Shown in pieces: positions 1 through 8,113 of a stretch of 64,000 nt of DNA. Position 1 is the first letter of the stretch; each line of letters opens with the position of its first letter. The position numbers were made by a program, and so were the translations under genes. The notes below the pieces were generated by a model that had not been told where the DNA came from, made no database searches, and saw only the letters and a program-made list of their open reading frames with translations. The DNA is from Elusimicrobiota bacterium (GTDB taxonomy: Bacteria > Elusimicrobiota > Elusimicrobia > UBA1565), in the NCBI GenBank assembly GCA_043827405.1, contig JBDRPD010000083.1:212025-276024 (forward strand), written 5' to 3'.

Positions 1-260
1 GCGCGCGGGAAGCGAAGGCCTGCCGCCCGCAGAGCATGCATGCCTATCATATCGACGGCATCGTCGAGCTCGCGCAGGTGCAGTCGGGACGCGCCGAGCG
101 TCTGACGAACGCCCAGGCCGCGCTCGACCGGGGCTTGCAGCTGGATCCGCTCAACGCGGCGCTGCTGCGCGCGCGCGGGAAGGCGGCGTATTTCGGCGGA
201 GATATGCAGGCCGCGCAGCTCTTCGCGCGGCGTGCGCAGCGCCTCGAGACCCTGCGCTAG
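1..260 (+). CDS. C-terminal part of a TPR-like helical repeat protein (gene starts before the window)
   Basis: Frame is open from position 3 to TAG at 258-260; TPR-like pattern (ALDRGLQLDPLNAALLRARG). Confidence 0.55.
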   Translation, partial: AREAKACRPQSMHAYHIDGIVELAQVQSGRAERLTNAQAALDRGLQLDPLNAALLRARGKAAYFGGDMQAAQLFARRAQRLETLR

Positions 261-556
261 CCGAGCTTCTTTTGTACGCTCGCGACCTTATCCTGCATGG
301 ACTGCGCGCGGTCGGTGCGGGTGCCGAATTTCAGCGTCGAAGAGATGCGCGGCGCGCCCAGCTCGTGGACCTTCTCGTGGCAGCGCTTGACCGCGGCGAA
401 GACGGCGTCCCAGTCGCCCTCGATATTGGTGCCGTAGGAATGCAGCTGATATTTGAGCCCCGCCTCAGCGAGCACTTTCTGGCAGGCCGCGACGTATTTG
501 GATACCGATACGCCCACGCCCATGGGGACGACGCATAGATCGGCGATAACCTTCAT
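257..556 (-). CDS. MTH1187/YkoF family thiamine-binding protein (UPF0045)
   Basis: 99 aa, MKVIADLCVVPMG...SVSKYVA...LHSYGTNIEG...GAPRI signature; GGAGG RBS upstream. Confidence 0.9.
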   Translation of the reverse strand: MKVIADLCVVPMGVGVSVSKYVAACQKVLAEAGLKYQLHSYGTNIEGDWDAVFAAVKRCHEKVHELGAPRISSTLKFGTRTDRAQSMQDKVASVQKKLG

Positions 557-636
557 TGGAGAACCTCCACCCGCAAAGCATACGATATAAAAACCGCCCC
601 CGCGCTGACGCGCGAGGGCAATGAAAATGCAAGCGC

Positions 637-665
637 TTGACAGGGGGCGCGGTATTCTGGATAAT
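637..665 (+). promoter_or_regulatory. sigma70-type promoter for the lipoprotein gene at 707
   Basis: TTGACA (637-642) - 17 nt - GATAAT (660-665); AGGAG RBS before ATG 707. Confidence 0.6.
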
Positions 666-706
666 CGAATGGTCGGGTTTCCCGTTATCTCCCCTTAGGA
701 GTTATT

Positions 707-1060
707 ATGATCAAAAAGAAGTTCATGCCGTTCATCGGCCTGGTAGCCGTGGCCGCGTTCCTGGCGTCCTGCACCACCATGCCCGTATCGCTGTCGCCGT
801 CCTCGACCTATATCGCGCCCAACGATACGGTGACCGAGGTCGGACCGGTTTCCGGCTCCGCCTTTACCGTTTTCATCTTCGGCCTGCCGATCGGCGAGCA
901 GGAGCAGATCGCTCCCGCGTTGAAGAGGGCGCTGAAGAGCTCCGGCTCGGATGCGATCATCGAGGTGAAGACGGAGTTCAAGACCTACAACTTCATGCTT
1001 TTCCACGTGTTCCGCACCCGGGTCTACGGTACCGGCGTAAAGATTCAGAAAGGCGGCTGA
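707..1060 (+). CDS. Small lipoprotein (TRL/Bor-like)
   Basis: Signal peptide with lipobox FLASC; C-terminal TRVYGTGVK typical of TRL-like lipoproteins. Confidence 0.6.
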   Translation: MIKKKFMPFIGLVAVAAFLASCTTMPVSLSPSSTYIAPNDTVTEVGPVSGSAFTVFIFGLPIGEQEQIAPALKRALKSSGSDAIIEVKTEFKTYNFMLFHVFRTRVYGTGVKIQKGG

Positions 1061-1087
1061 GGCCGGTCTGAGCCGTTTCGCCGCCGC

Positions 1088-1117
1088 GCCCGCACAACGC
1101 GTCAGCGTTGTGCGGGC
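1088..1117. terminator. Perfect 13-bp intergenic hairpin (terminator or RNA-stability element)
   Basis: GCCCGCACAACGC-gtca-GCGTTGTGCGGGC between co-oriented genes; no strong U-tract. Confidence 0.5.
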
Positions 1118-1145
1118 CGGTGTCGTTTAAGTGGAGGGGGGAGCC

Positions 1146-2597
1146 ATGCGTACGCACCTGCGATATATCGCCGTTCTATCCGCCGTCATGGTTTCGGCCG
1201 GCTGTACCGCGGCCCTGCGGCCGCTGATGATCGCCGAGCCCCCCGCGTCGGTTAAGCGTGTGGAGCCGCTGGACGAGAAGATTCCCCTGCCGGTGGACGT
1301 CGTGATCAAGGCGCCGGAGAGCATGCCCATCGTGGGGGGCAAGTACACCTATTCCCTCAAGCATGTGCTGGAGAAATCCTTCAAAAACGCGGCGGGGGCG
1401 ATCTTCGATGGCGCCGGCGGCACCGGAGAGTACAGCTACCGGCTCGAGGTCACCGCGCGCTCGTCGCAGCTGCAGGCGCTCGGCCTGGCCAAGGATCAGG
1501 CCGAGTTCAGCGCCGTTATCGTCAGCAAGCTGATTAACCCCGACGATAAGGTGCTGGAGAACAAGACCTATTCCGGCAGGAAGCAAAGCTCCTTCGATAA
1601 GGCCAATACTCCGGACGCCGTATGGGAAGTCTGCTATACCGCCGCCGGCGAGCTCGCCGACAGCATTCGCCAGGCCCGGTGGCTGCGCAAGGCGCGGACC
1701 CAGGTTTACGGCGCGGCGCCGACCTCGGCGGCGCAGATGCAGGCCATGATCAACGCGGCCGCAAAAAGCGCGGCGGCCAACCAGCCGGCGGCGAAAAAGA
1801 AAGAGCGCGTCTACAAGTCCGACATCGACAACCCGACATACAAGAGCGCGGAGCGCCCGGACGACTTCGCGCTGGTCATCGGCATCACCCAGTACTCCTC
1901 TATTCCCGAGGCCTCATTCGCCGAGCGCGACGCCGAGGCGATGAAGAAGCACCTGATTGCGCAGGGCTTTCCGGAGCGCAATGTGGTGCATCTGGTCGGC
2001 AGCAAGGCCACCCGGACCGGCATCAAGAAGTACCTGGAAGAGTGGCTGCCGCGCAACGTCACGGATAAGAGCCGCGTCTTCTTCTACTTCTCCGGCCACG
2101 GGGCGCCGGATACCGACAGCAAGGAAGCCTTCATGGTGCCGTGGGACGGCGACCCGAACTTCCTCAAGAGCACCGCCTACTCGATGAACGACCTCTACGC
2201 CCGGCTCTCCGAGCTCAAGGCCAAGGAGGTCGTGGTGGCGCTCGACGCCTGCTTCTCCGGGTCGGGCGGCCGCTCGGTGCTGGCCAAAGGGGCGCGGCCG
2301 CTGGTGATGAATGTGGACACGGGCAAGATCCTCGACGACAAGCTCACGGTGTTCGCGGCGGCCGGGGACACGCAGATCACCAGCGCCCTCGACGACCAGG
2401 GCCACGGCATCTTCTCCTACTACTTCATGAAGGGGCTGGCCGGGGACGCCAAGGACTCCTCGGGGAAGGTCACGGCGCAGGGGCTCTTCGACTACCTGCA
2501 GCCGAAGGTCGCCGACGCGGCGCGCCGGCAGAACCGCGAGCAGACGCCGGCGCTGCGGGGCGGCGATAAGGGCCGCGTGCTGGGCTCTTTTAAGTAG
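1146..2597 (+). CDS. Caspase-family (peptidase C14) domain lipoprotein, catalytic dyad intact
   Basis: Lipobox VSAGC; FALVIGI, FYFSGHG (His), ALDACFSG (Cys), HGIFSYYF, EQTP; ATG 1146 preceded by GGAGGGGGAG. Confidence 0.88.
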   Translation: MRTHLRYIAVLSAVMVSAGCTAALRPLMIAEPPASVKRVEPLDEKIPLPVDVVIKAPESMPIVGGKYTYSLKHVLEKSFKNAAGAIFDGAGGTGEYSYRLEVTARSSQLQALGLAKDQAEFSAVIVSKLINPDDKVLENKTYSGRKQSSFDKANTPDAVWEVCYTAAGELADSIRQARWLRKARTQVYGAAPTSAAQMQAMINAAAKSAAANQPAAKKKERVYKSDIDNPTYKSAERPDDFALVIGITQYSSIPEASFAERDAEAMKKHLIAQGFPERNVVHLVGSKATRTGIKKYLEEWLPRNVTDKSRVFFYFSGHGAPDTDSKEAFMVPWDGDPNFLKSTAYSMNDLYARLSELKAKEVVVALDACFSGSGGRSVLAKGARPLVMNVDTGKILDDKLTVFAAAGDTQITSALDDQGHGIFSYYFMKGLAGDAKDSSGKVTAQGLFDYLQPKVADAARRQNREQTPALRGGDKGRVLGSFK

Positions 2598-3330
2598 CCG
2601 CCGGATTTTTCGTCAGGTGGGCGGCGAACAGGCGCCGCAGCTGCTTGAGCTCCCTCGACTTAAGCGCCAGCGAGGTGATGCCGGCGAAGCAGTCGAGCAG
2701 CACCATGGCGTTGAGCACCGCGTCTTTTTTGCAGACCCGCTGCAGCCGGCCGACGAAGTGCTGGTTGACGTCCCGGATGTTCTCCATTAGGGCGGCCAGT
2801 CCGTGCATCTCCCAGTCGGGCGTCTCGCCGTCGCGCAGATGAAAATACTGCGCCAGCATATACATCGACAGCACCCGGTACATGGTCTCCTCGTGCGTGG
2901 CGAAAGGCAGGTGGGTGCGCGCCATGGGGCGCAGCTTATCGAGCACGGGGCAGCCGCTCGATACCATGTAGAGGCCGAGCAGCGCGCTGATGCCGTCGGA
3001 GACCGGCGCCCGCTTGGCGAACTTGCGGGTCGCCGTCGAGATGTTGATCTGGGCGAGAGCGGTGGACGGCACCTCCTTGAAGTAGTCGACGATGTCGACG
3101 ATGCTTTCCGCTACCGGGCAGCGCGGGCGCTGGGTTTTGGTCAAGGCGCAGCTGGGGCACTGGCTGTTGTCGAGTAAAGTCCACTCGGGGTATTTTCCGC
3201 GCGGTTCGCGCAGCAGCTCCAGAGAATGCTCGTCGAGGCGGATGACGAAGTCTTTCTTTTTTCCGCCCGCGAACTTGAAGCTGTAGCGGAATTCCAGCTC
3301 GTCGATGTCCGAGATGTCGTGTTTGGGCAT
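2590..3330 (-). CDS. Conserved hypothetical protein (DUF6901-like, Cys-containing)
   Basis: PEWTLL..QCPSCAL...CPVA, SGCPVL.KLRPMARTHLPFA motifs; start placed at ATG 3330, 5 nt after a TACAAT -10. Confidence 0.7.
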   Translation of the reverse strand: MPKHDISDIDELEFRYSFKFAGGKKKDFVIRLDEHSLELLREPRGKYPEWTLLDNSQCPSCALTKTQRPRCPVAESIVDIVDYFKEVPSTALAQINISTATRKFAKRAPVSDGISALLGLYMVSSGCPVLDKLRPMARTHLPFATHEETMYRVLSMYMLAQYFHLRDGETPDWEMHGLAALMENIRDVNQHFVGRLQRVCKKDAVLNAMVLLDCFAGITSLALKSRELKQLRRLFAAHLTKNPAAT

Positions 3331-3373
3331 GGCCCATTGTAGCTGGCAGGGGAGGGGGCTGGCAAGCGCCCCG

Positions 3374-4024
3374 TTAACGAGCGATCGCGTCCCAGATCGG
3401 TTTGCCGAGGAACGAGGCGAGCGTTTGCGCGTCCTCGCGCAGACGCTCGCGATCACCGTGGTCGGCGACGTTGACGCGGCTCGCGTCGTCGAGAATGAGG
3501 TTCAGTTCGTAGCTGTAGTAGGAGGAATTTTTTCCGGTGCAGCGTTCGGAGATCAGCTGCAGGGCGTGGATGCGGCTCAGCTCGATATAGTCCTTCGGCG
3601 GCGCCGCGCCCGCGGCTCCGCGATAGAACAGCGAGCGCGTGCGGTCGAAGACGAGCGGTTTCGCGTTCGCATGGAGCATGCCGCCTCCGACCGCGGCAAA
3701 GACCGCGCCTACCAGGACGGGGATGAGCGCGCCCCAATCGTGGCCGGGAGCCTCCACGAAGAAGAAGAGGTTGATGCCCAGAGTGACGGCGCCCAGGCCC
3801 ATGAGCAGAAAGACCATGGCGAACAGCTTCATCCCGATCGTCGGCCGGAATTCGAACCGGCCGGGCCCGGCTTCGTGCAGCTTGCTGGTGCAGAAATTGG
3901 CGCCGCCGCCCTTGGCGGGAGTCCATTGGGTCCGCTCGGCGAGCGGGTCGTTGAAGCTTTTGGGATCTACCGGCGTCGGTGTGCGGACGAGCTTTTGCAG
4001 CTGCGCCATCAGTGCTTTGAGCAT
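3374..4024 (-). CDS. Hypothetical membrane protein (two TM helices, soluble C-terminal domain)
   Basis: Two hydrophobic segments; YYSYELNLIL..SRVNV.DHG tail; ATG 4024 lies 6 nt after a TTGACG-N17-CATCCT promoter. Confidence 0.7.
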   Translation of the reverse strand: MLKALMAQLQKLVRTPTPVDPKSFNDPLAERTQWTPAKGGGANFCTSKLHEAGPGRFEFRPTIGMKLFAMVFLLMGLGAVTLGINLFFFVEAPGHDWGALIPVLVGAVFAAVGGGMLHANAKPLVFDRTRSLFYRGAAGAAPPKDYIELSRIHALQLISERCTGKNSSYYSYELNLILDDASRVNVADHGDRERLREDAQTLASFLGKPIWDAIAR

Positions 4025-4030
4025 ATCCAC

Positions 4031-4059
4031 AGGATGGAAGAACGGCGGTGATCCGTCAA
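4031..4059 (-). promoter_or_regulatory. sigma70-type promoter, near-identical to the core of the repeats at 62105 and 63860
   Basis: TTGACG-gatcaccgccgttcttc-CATCCT on the minus strand. Confidence 0.6.
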
Positions 4060-4175
4060 GGGAGGGTAACTTGTCGGCAATTACAGAATTTCGATATAAC
4101 CGCTGGATGCCATGTGTCGCCGCCGGATTATTGCCTTCCTAATCCGGTTAAGCGGATATTTTGCAATAATGGCTG

Positions 4176-5603
4176 ATGAAAAAGAGTCTTTCACTGCTGA
4201 TCTCCGTCGTTCTCCTGCTCCCCGGCTGTGCCTCCACCCCGCTGCCGGTGGATCCTTTCGGCGGACTGGTTCCCGATTCTCCTTACAAGGACATGACCCT
4301 CGCCCTCATGATCTCCGAGAACACCAAGCAGGCCATCGAGTACGGCCGCATGGGCCGCAAGTGGGCCCGCAGGCTGGGCGGCTTTGATTTCGATCCGGAG
4401 GGACTCGCCGAAGACATCACCGGCATGCTCCAGCGAGACTTCAAGAAGGTCATCCGGGCCGAGCAGCTGGCGGATGCTGCTCCCGCGGGAGCCGACCTGG
4501 TCGCCGTCCTCGACATCAGGGCGCCGAAGTTCAAGGCCGACCTTCGCTACGCTTGGTGGCTCGCCTTTTTTCCCGCCTTCTGCCTCATCCTCGCGATCGG
4601 TCAACCCACGAAGATAACCGTGGACAACGGGGCCGTCTTCCTCACCCCTGACGGTCGGCAGGTGGAGTCCATCCGGGTCGTTCATCTTTATCGGCGGCTC
4701 GGCAAGATGGATGTTAAGATTCATAACGCCTACCTCCAGGCGCGCTACAACCTCGAGCGTGATATGCTGGCCTCCGAGACCCTGCGGAACTACGCTAAGT
4801 CGGTCCGCGCGCAGGGAGCGGCCGCCGCGGCCGCCGGGCTATCCGCAATCCACTCCGACGTGGACCGTCCCGCCTACCTGCACCCGGTGGACGAGAATCT
4901 CTTCGCCGTCGTTATCGGCGTGGACGCCTATGACCATGCGCCGCGGGCTGAATACGGCGAGCGCGACGCGCAAGCGGTGCGCGACCACCTTCTCGCTCTG
5001 GGTTACCCGCAGCGCAATATCGCCTTTGCCACCGGAACGCGTGCGGGTCGGGCGGCCATCGAGAAATACGTCGAGTCGTGGCTGCCCGAGCGTGCGGGAG
5101 CCGGCGCCAAGGTGCTGTTCTACTTCGCCGGCCATGGCGCCCCGGACGTCTCGACCGGGGAGGCTTACCTCCTGCCGCATGACGGCGATCCCAAATTCCT
5201 GGGAAATACCGGCTATCCGGTGAAGCGGTTGTATGAAAAGCTCTCGGCGCTGAAAGCCGGGCAGGTCGTCGTGGCCATGGACGCGGGCTTCTCGGGAACC
5301 GGGGGGCGCTCGGTGCTCCCCCAAGGCGCTCGTCCTCTTATCACCGAAGTGCGGGACCCCGTGCCCCAGAAGCTCGCAGTGCTTGAGGCCGCGTCTTCGT
5401 CGGAGATCGCCGGAGTCGCGCAGACGCAGGGTCACGGGCTGTGGACTTATCACTTTCTCAAGGCGCTGCAGGAGACCAAGGGGAAAGCAGGACTCGGCGA
5501 CCTGCATGAGCGGGCCGCCAAGGGAATAGCCGACGCGGCCCGGCGCGAAGGCCGCGATCAGACGCCGCGCCTGCTGCGGGGCCGCGGGGCAAGGTTGAGG
5601 TGA
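4176..5603 (+). CDS. Caspase-family domain lipoprotein with catalytic Cys replaced by Gly (probable pseudoprotease)
   Basis: Lipobox LLPGC; FYFAGHG present but AMDAGFSG (GGC at 5286-5288) where paralogs have DACFSG. Confidence 0.85.
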   Translation: MKKSLSLLISVVLLLPGCASTPLPVDPFGGLVPDSPYKDMTLALMISENTKQAIEYGRMGRKWARRLGGFDFDPEGLAEDITGMLQRDFKKVIRAEQLADAAPAGADLVAVLDIRAPKFKADLRYAWWLAFFPAFCLILAIGQPTKITVDNGAVFLTPDGRQVESIRVVHLYRRLGKMDVKIHNAYLQARYNLERDMLASETLRNYAKSVRAQGAAAAAAGLSAIHSDVDRPAYLHPVDENLFAVVIGVDAYDHAPRAEYGERDAQAVRDHLLALGYPQRNIAFATGTRAGRAAIEKYVESWLPERAGAGAKVLFYFAGHGAPDVSTGEAYLLPHDGDPKFLGNTGYPVKRLYEKLSALKAGQVVVAMDAGFSGTGGRSVLPQGARPLITEVRDPVPQKLAVLEAASSSEIAGVAQTQGHGLWTYHFLKALQETKGKAGLGDLHERAAKGIADAARREGRDQTPRLLRGRGARLR

Positions 5604-5607
5604 GTCG

Positions 5608-6495
5608 ATGAAATACTGGATTATTCTGGCTGCCGCGGCCCTAAGCGCCTGCTTCCCGCCGCCGGCCACTCGCGACCCGTTCGCCGGACTGGAGCTCGCC
5701 CCCGCCGCTCCCGGCGCCGCCGCTCCCAGGCGCAGCTACAGTTCGGATGCGGACGAGCCGAGCTACAAGCTTAAGGAGCAAGAGGACCGCTACGCCGTGG
5801 TAGTGGGGATCGAGGACTATGAGGGTCTGCCGAGCGCCGACTTTGCGGAGCGTGACGCGCGCTCGGTGAGGGCGCATCTCCTCGCTCTTGGCTACCCCGA
5901 GAGGAACGTCGTCCTCCTCACCGGGCGTGCGGCCGGCCGGGCGGCGATCGAAAAATACGTGGAGTCATGGCTCCCCGACCGGGTGAATGATCGCTCGAGA
6001 GTCCTGTTCTACTTTTCGGGCCACGGCGCTCCGGACATCAAGTCGGGCTCCTCTTATCTTCTGCCCTGGGACGGCGACCCGAAGTATCTCGGCAATACCG
6101 CCTATCCGCTCCGGCGCCTCTACAAGCAACTCGACTCCCTCCAGGCCCGGCAGGTGGTGGTGGCTCTCGACGCCTGCTTTTCGGGCGCCGGAGGCCGATC
6201 GGTCCTGCCGAAGGGAGCGCGGCCGCTGGTCATGAAAGTGGACGACGGATCGAAGGGTACCGGGCGGCTTGTCGTTCTGGCGGCTTCCCGCGGGGATGAA
6301 ATCACCGGGAGCGACGAGAAGCAGGGCCACGGCCTGTTCACCTACTATCTTCTTAGCGGGCTGAACAATCGCCGGACTTCGGTGCAGGCCCTGTACGAGT
6401 ATCTGACGCCCCTCGTTCGCGACGCCGCGCGCGCCGACAACCGTGATCAGACCCCGCAGCTTCTCGGCCCGGCGCAAGGCGTCGACCTCCGGTAG
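5608..6495 (+). CDS. Caspase-family (peptidase C14) lipoprotein, minimal form, dyad intact
   Basis: Lipobox LSAC; FYFSGHG and ALDACFSG; starts 4 nt after the upstream paralog's stop. Confidence 0.88.
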   Translation: MKYWIILAAAALSACFPPPATRDPFAGLELAPAAPGAAAPRRSYSSDADEPSYKLKEQEDRYAVVVGIEDYEGLPSADFAERDARSVRAHLLALGYPERNVVLLTGRAAGRAAIEKYVESWLPDRVNDRSRVLFYFSGHGAPDIKSGSSYLLPWDGDPKYLGNTAYPLRRLYKQLDSLQARQVVVALDACFSGAGGRSVLPKGARPLVMKVDDGSKGTGRLVVLAASRGDEITGSDEKQGHGLFTYYLLSGLNNRRTSVQALYEYLTPLVRDAARADNRDQTPQLLGPAQGVDLR

Positions 6496-6546
6496 GCCGA
6501 AGCGGCAAGTATTGCCCGGCGGCGAAAAAAACGATATATTCGCGGC

Positions 6547-7209
6547 ATGAGCGCGAGCCCGAACAAATGCCCCAAATGCGGCGGCCTACGCGGCCAGTGG
6601 GACCGCGAGTGCCGCGCCTGCGGCTTCGTCTACGCCGAGATCGAGAAGGTGAAAGAGGTCGAGGCGCGGAAAATACAGGAGCTGGCCGCCGGCTGTCCGG
6701 CCTGCAAGGCTCCGCGCAAGGAAGGGGATGTCGACTGCCCGCAGTGCGGCGTCGTCTACGCCAAGATCAAGGCCCGCGAGGACGCGGCGCGCAAGGCCGA
6801 TGAGGAGCGGGTCGCGGCCATCCGCGGCGAGGCCGAGAATAGGAGTTCGGTGGATGTCTCCTCTACTTTGCGAGAGCTGGGCCCCGGTCCGGAGGGGCCG
6901 CAGAAGCAGCGGCCGGGCTGCCTGACGGCGATCCTTTTCATGATGATCGTCGTCAACAGCCTCGGCGGCATCGGGGCCGTCATGATGGGCAAGCCCCTCT
7001 ATATCCTGTCGTCGGGGTCGCTGGTGCTCTTCGCGATCGCGGCGCTCATGTGGAAGCGCTGGGGCGTGATCGGCATCTACTTCCTCTACGTGATCGACAT
7101 GATCATGATTTTCGTGCTCGGGGTGCCCAAGTTCTTCATCGTCTGGGACATCGTCGGGCTCGCCGTTTTCATGAGCTTCGTCCGGCCCGTTCTGTATCAC
7201 TTCGAATAG
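6547..7209 (+). CDS. Double zinc-ribbon protein with C-terminal 4-TM domain
   Basis: Two CxxC-x(9-10)-CxxCG-xVYA units; RPGCLT followed by four hydrophobic helices; promoter TTGCCC-N17-TATATT 6 nt before ATG. Confidence 0.7.
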   Translation: MSASPNKCPKCGGLRGQWDRECRACGFVYAEIEKVKEVEARKIQELAAGCPACKAPRKEGDVDCPQCGVVYAKIKAREDAARKADEERVAAIRGEAENRSSVDVSSTLRELGPGPEGPQKQRPGCLTAILFMMIVVNSLGGIGAVMMGKPLYILSSGSLVLFAIAALMWKRWGVIGIYFLYVIDMIMIFVLGVPKFFIVWDIVGLAVFMSFVRPVLYHFE

Positions 7210-7223
7210 CGTCTTTGGGCCGC

Positions 7224-7257
7224 TTGACAGATAGGATTACATCTGTAATCCTATCTG
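7224..7257 (+). promoter_or_regulatory. lexA promoter overlapped by a perfect palindrome (candidate LexA operator)
   Basis: TTGACA at 7224-7229; CAGATAGGATTACA-tc-TGTAATCCTATCTG at 7228-7257, 4 nt before the lexA ATG. Confidence 0.75.
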
Positions 7258-7261
7258 GGAT

Positions 7262-7876
7262 ATGGCCAAAGACCTGACCGGACGCCAGCGCAGCATTCTC
7301 GACTTCATCGCCAAAAGCGTGCGCGAGGCCGGCGTGACGCCGACCTTGCGTGAGATCGCCCGGCATTTTTCGGTGACGGCCGGCGGGGTGCAGAAACAAA
7401 TCCGGGCGTTGGAGGCCAAGGGGGTCCTGCGGCGGACGCCGGGCGCGGCGCGAGGGCTGCGGGTCGCCGCGCGGCGGGAGACGGATATGCCGCCGCGCCT
7501 GCCGGTCCTCGGCTTCGTCCCGGCCGGCGTTCCGGCCGAAGCGATCGAGAACGTGGAAGGGTATCTGAGCCTCGACTCCGCGGTGGCCAAAAACGCCGAC
7601 TATCTGCTGCGCATCAAGGGCGACAGCATGGCCGACGAGTTCCTGCCCGGCGATCTGGTCTTCGTGCGCCAGACCGCGACCGCGGACAACGGCGACGCGG
7701 TCATCGCCCGCGTCGAGGGCGACGAGGCCACGGTCAAGCGCTTGCGCCGGAGCGGCCGGGAGAGTTGGCTTGAGCCGGCCAATCCCCGCTATCCGCCGCT
7801 GCGGGACAAGCCGTTTGCGATCATCGGCAAGGTCGTGGGACTGGTGCGGAGCTATGGGCGTCGAAAAGGTCGATGA
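7262..7876 (+). CDS. lexA: SOS transcriptional repressor LexA
   Basis: LTGRQ..ILDFI, PTLREIA winged HTH, VPAG Ala-Gly cleavage site, GDSM (Ser), ATVKR (Lys), LEPAN. Confidence 0.95.
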   Translation: MAKDLTGRQRSILDFIAKSVREAGVTPTLREIARHFSVTAGGVQKQIRALEAKGVLRRTPGAARGLRVAARRETDMPPRLPVLGFVPAGVPAEAIENVEGYLSLDSAVAKNADYLLRIKGDSMADEFLPGDLVFVRQTATADNGDAVIARVEGDEATVKRLRRSGRESWLEPANPRYPPLRDKPFAIIGKVVGLVRSYGRRKGR

Positions 7877-8102
7877 GCCGGTAAAGGTCGGCGCCGTCTT
7901 CAGCGGCAGCAGCATCCTGCCGAAGTGGTTCGTCTGGTCCCGCCGCAAGTACACGGTCGAGTCCGTGGATATGATGTGGAAAGGCCTGCTCGGTGATGTC
8001 CCGGTTCGCTATTTTTCCGTTTCGGACGGCGCCAATACCTATCAGCTGCGGCTCAACCAGAAGACGCTCGAATGGCGTCTCGAGCGGGTCCACTCCCGTT
8101 AG
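7854..8102 (+). CDS. Small beta-rich protein in the lexA-dinB cassette (DUF6504-like)
   Basis: 82 aa from ATG 7854 overlapping the lexA end; PKWFVW..RKYTV, YFSV.DG.NTYQL, EWRLERV. Confidence 0.7.
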   Translation: MGVEKVDEPVKVGAVFSGSSILPKWFVWSRRKYTVESVDMMWKGLLGDVPVRYFSVSDGANTYQLRLNQKTLEWRLERVHSR

Positions 8103-8113
8103 GCGGCGGATCG

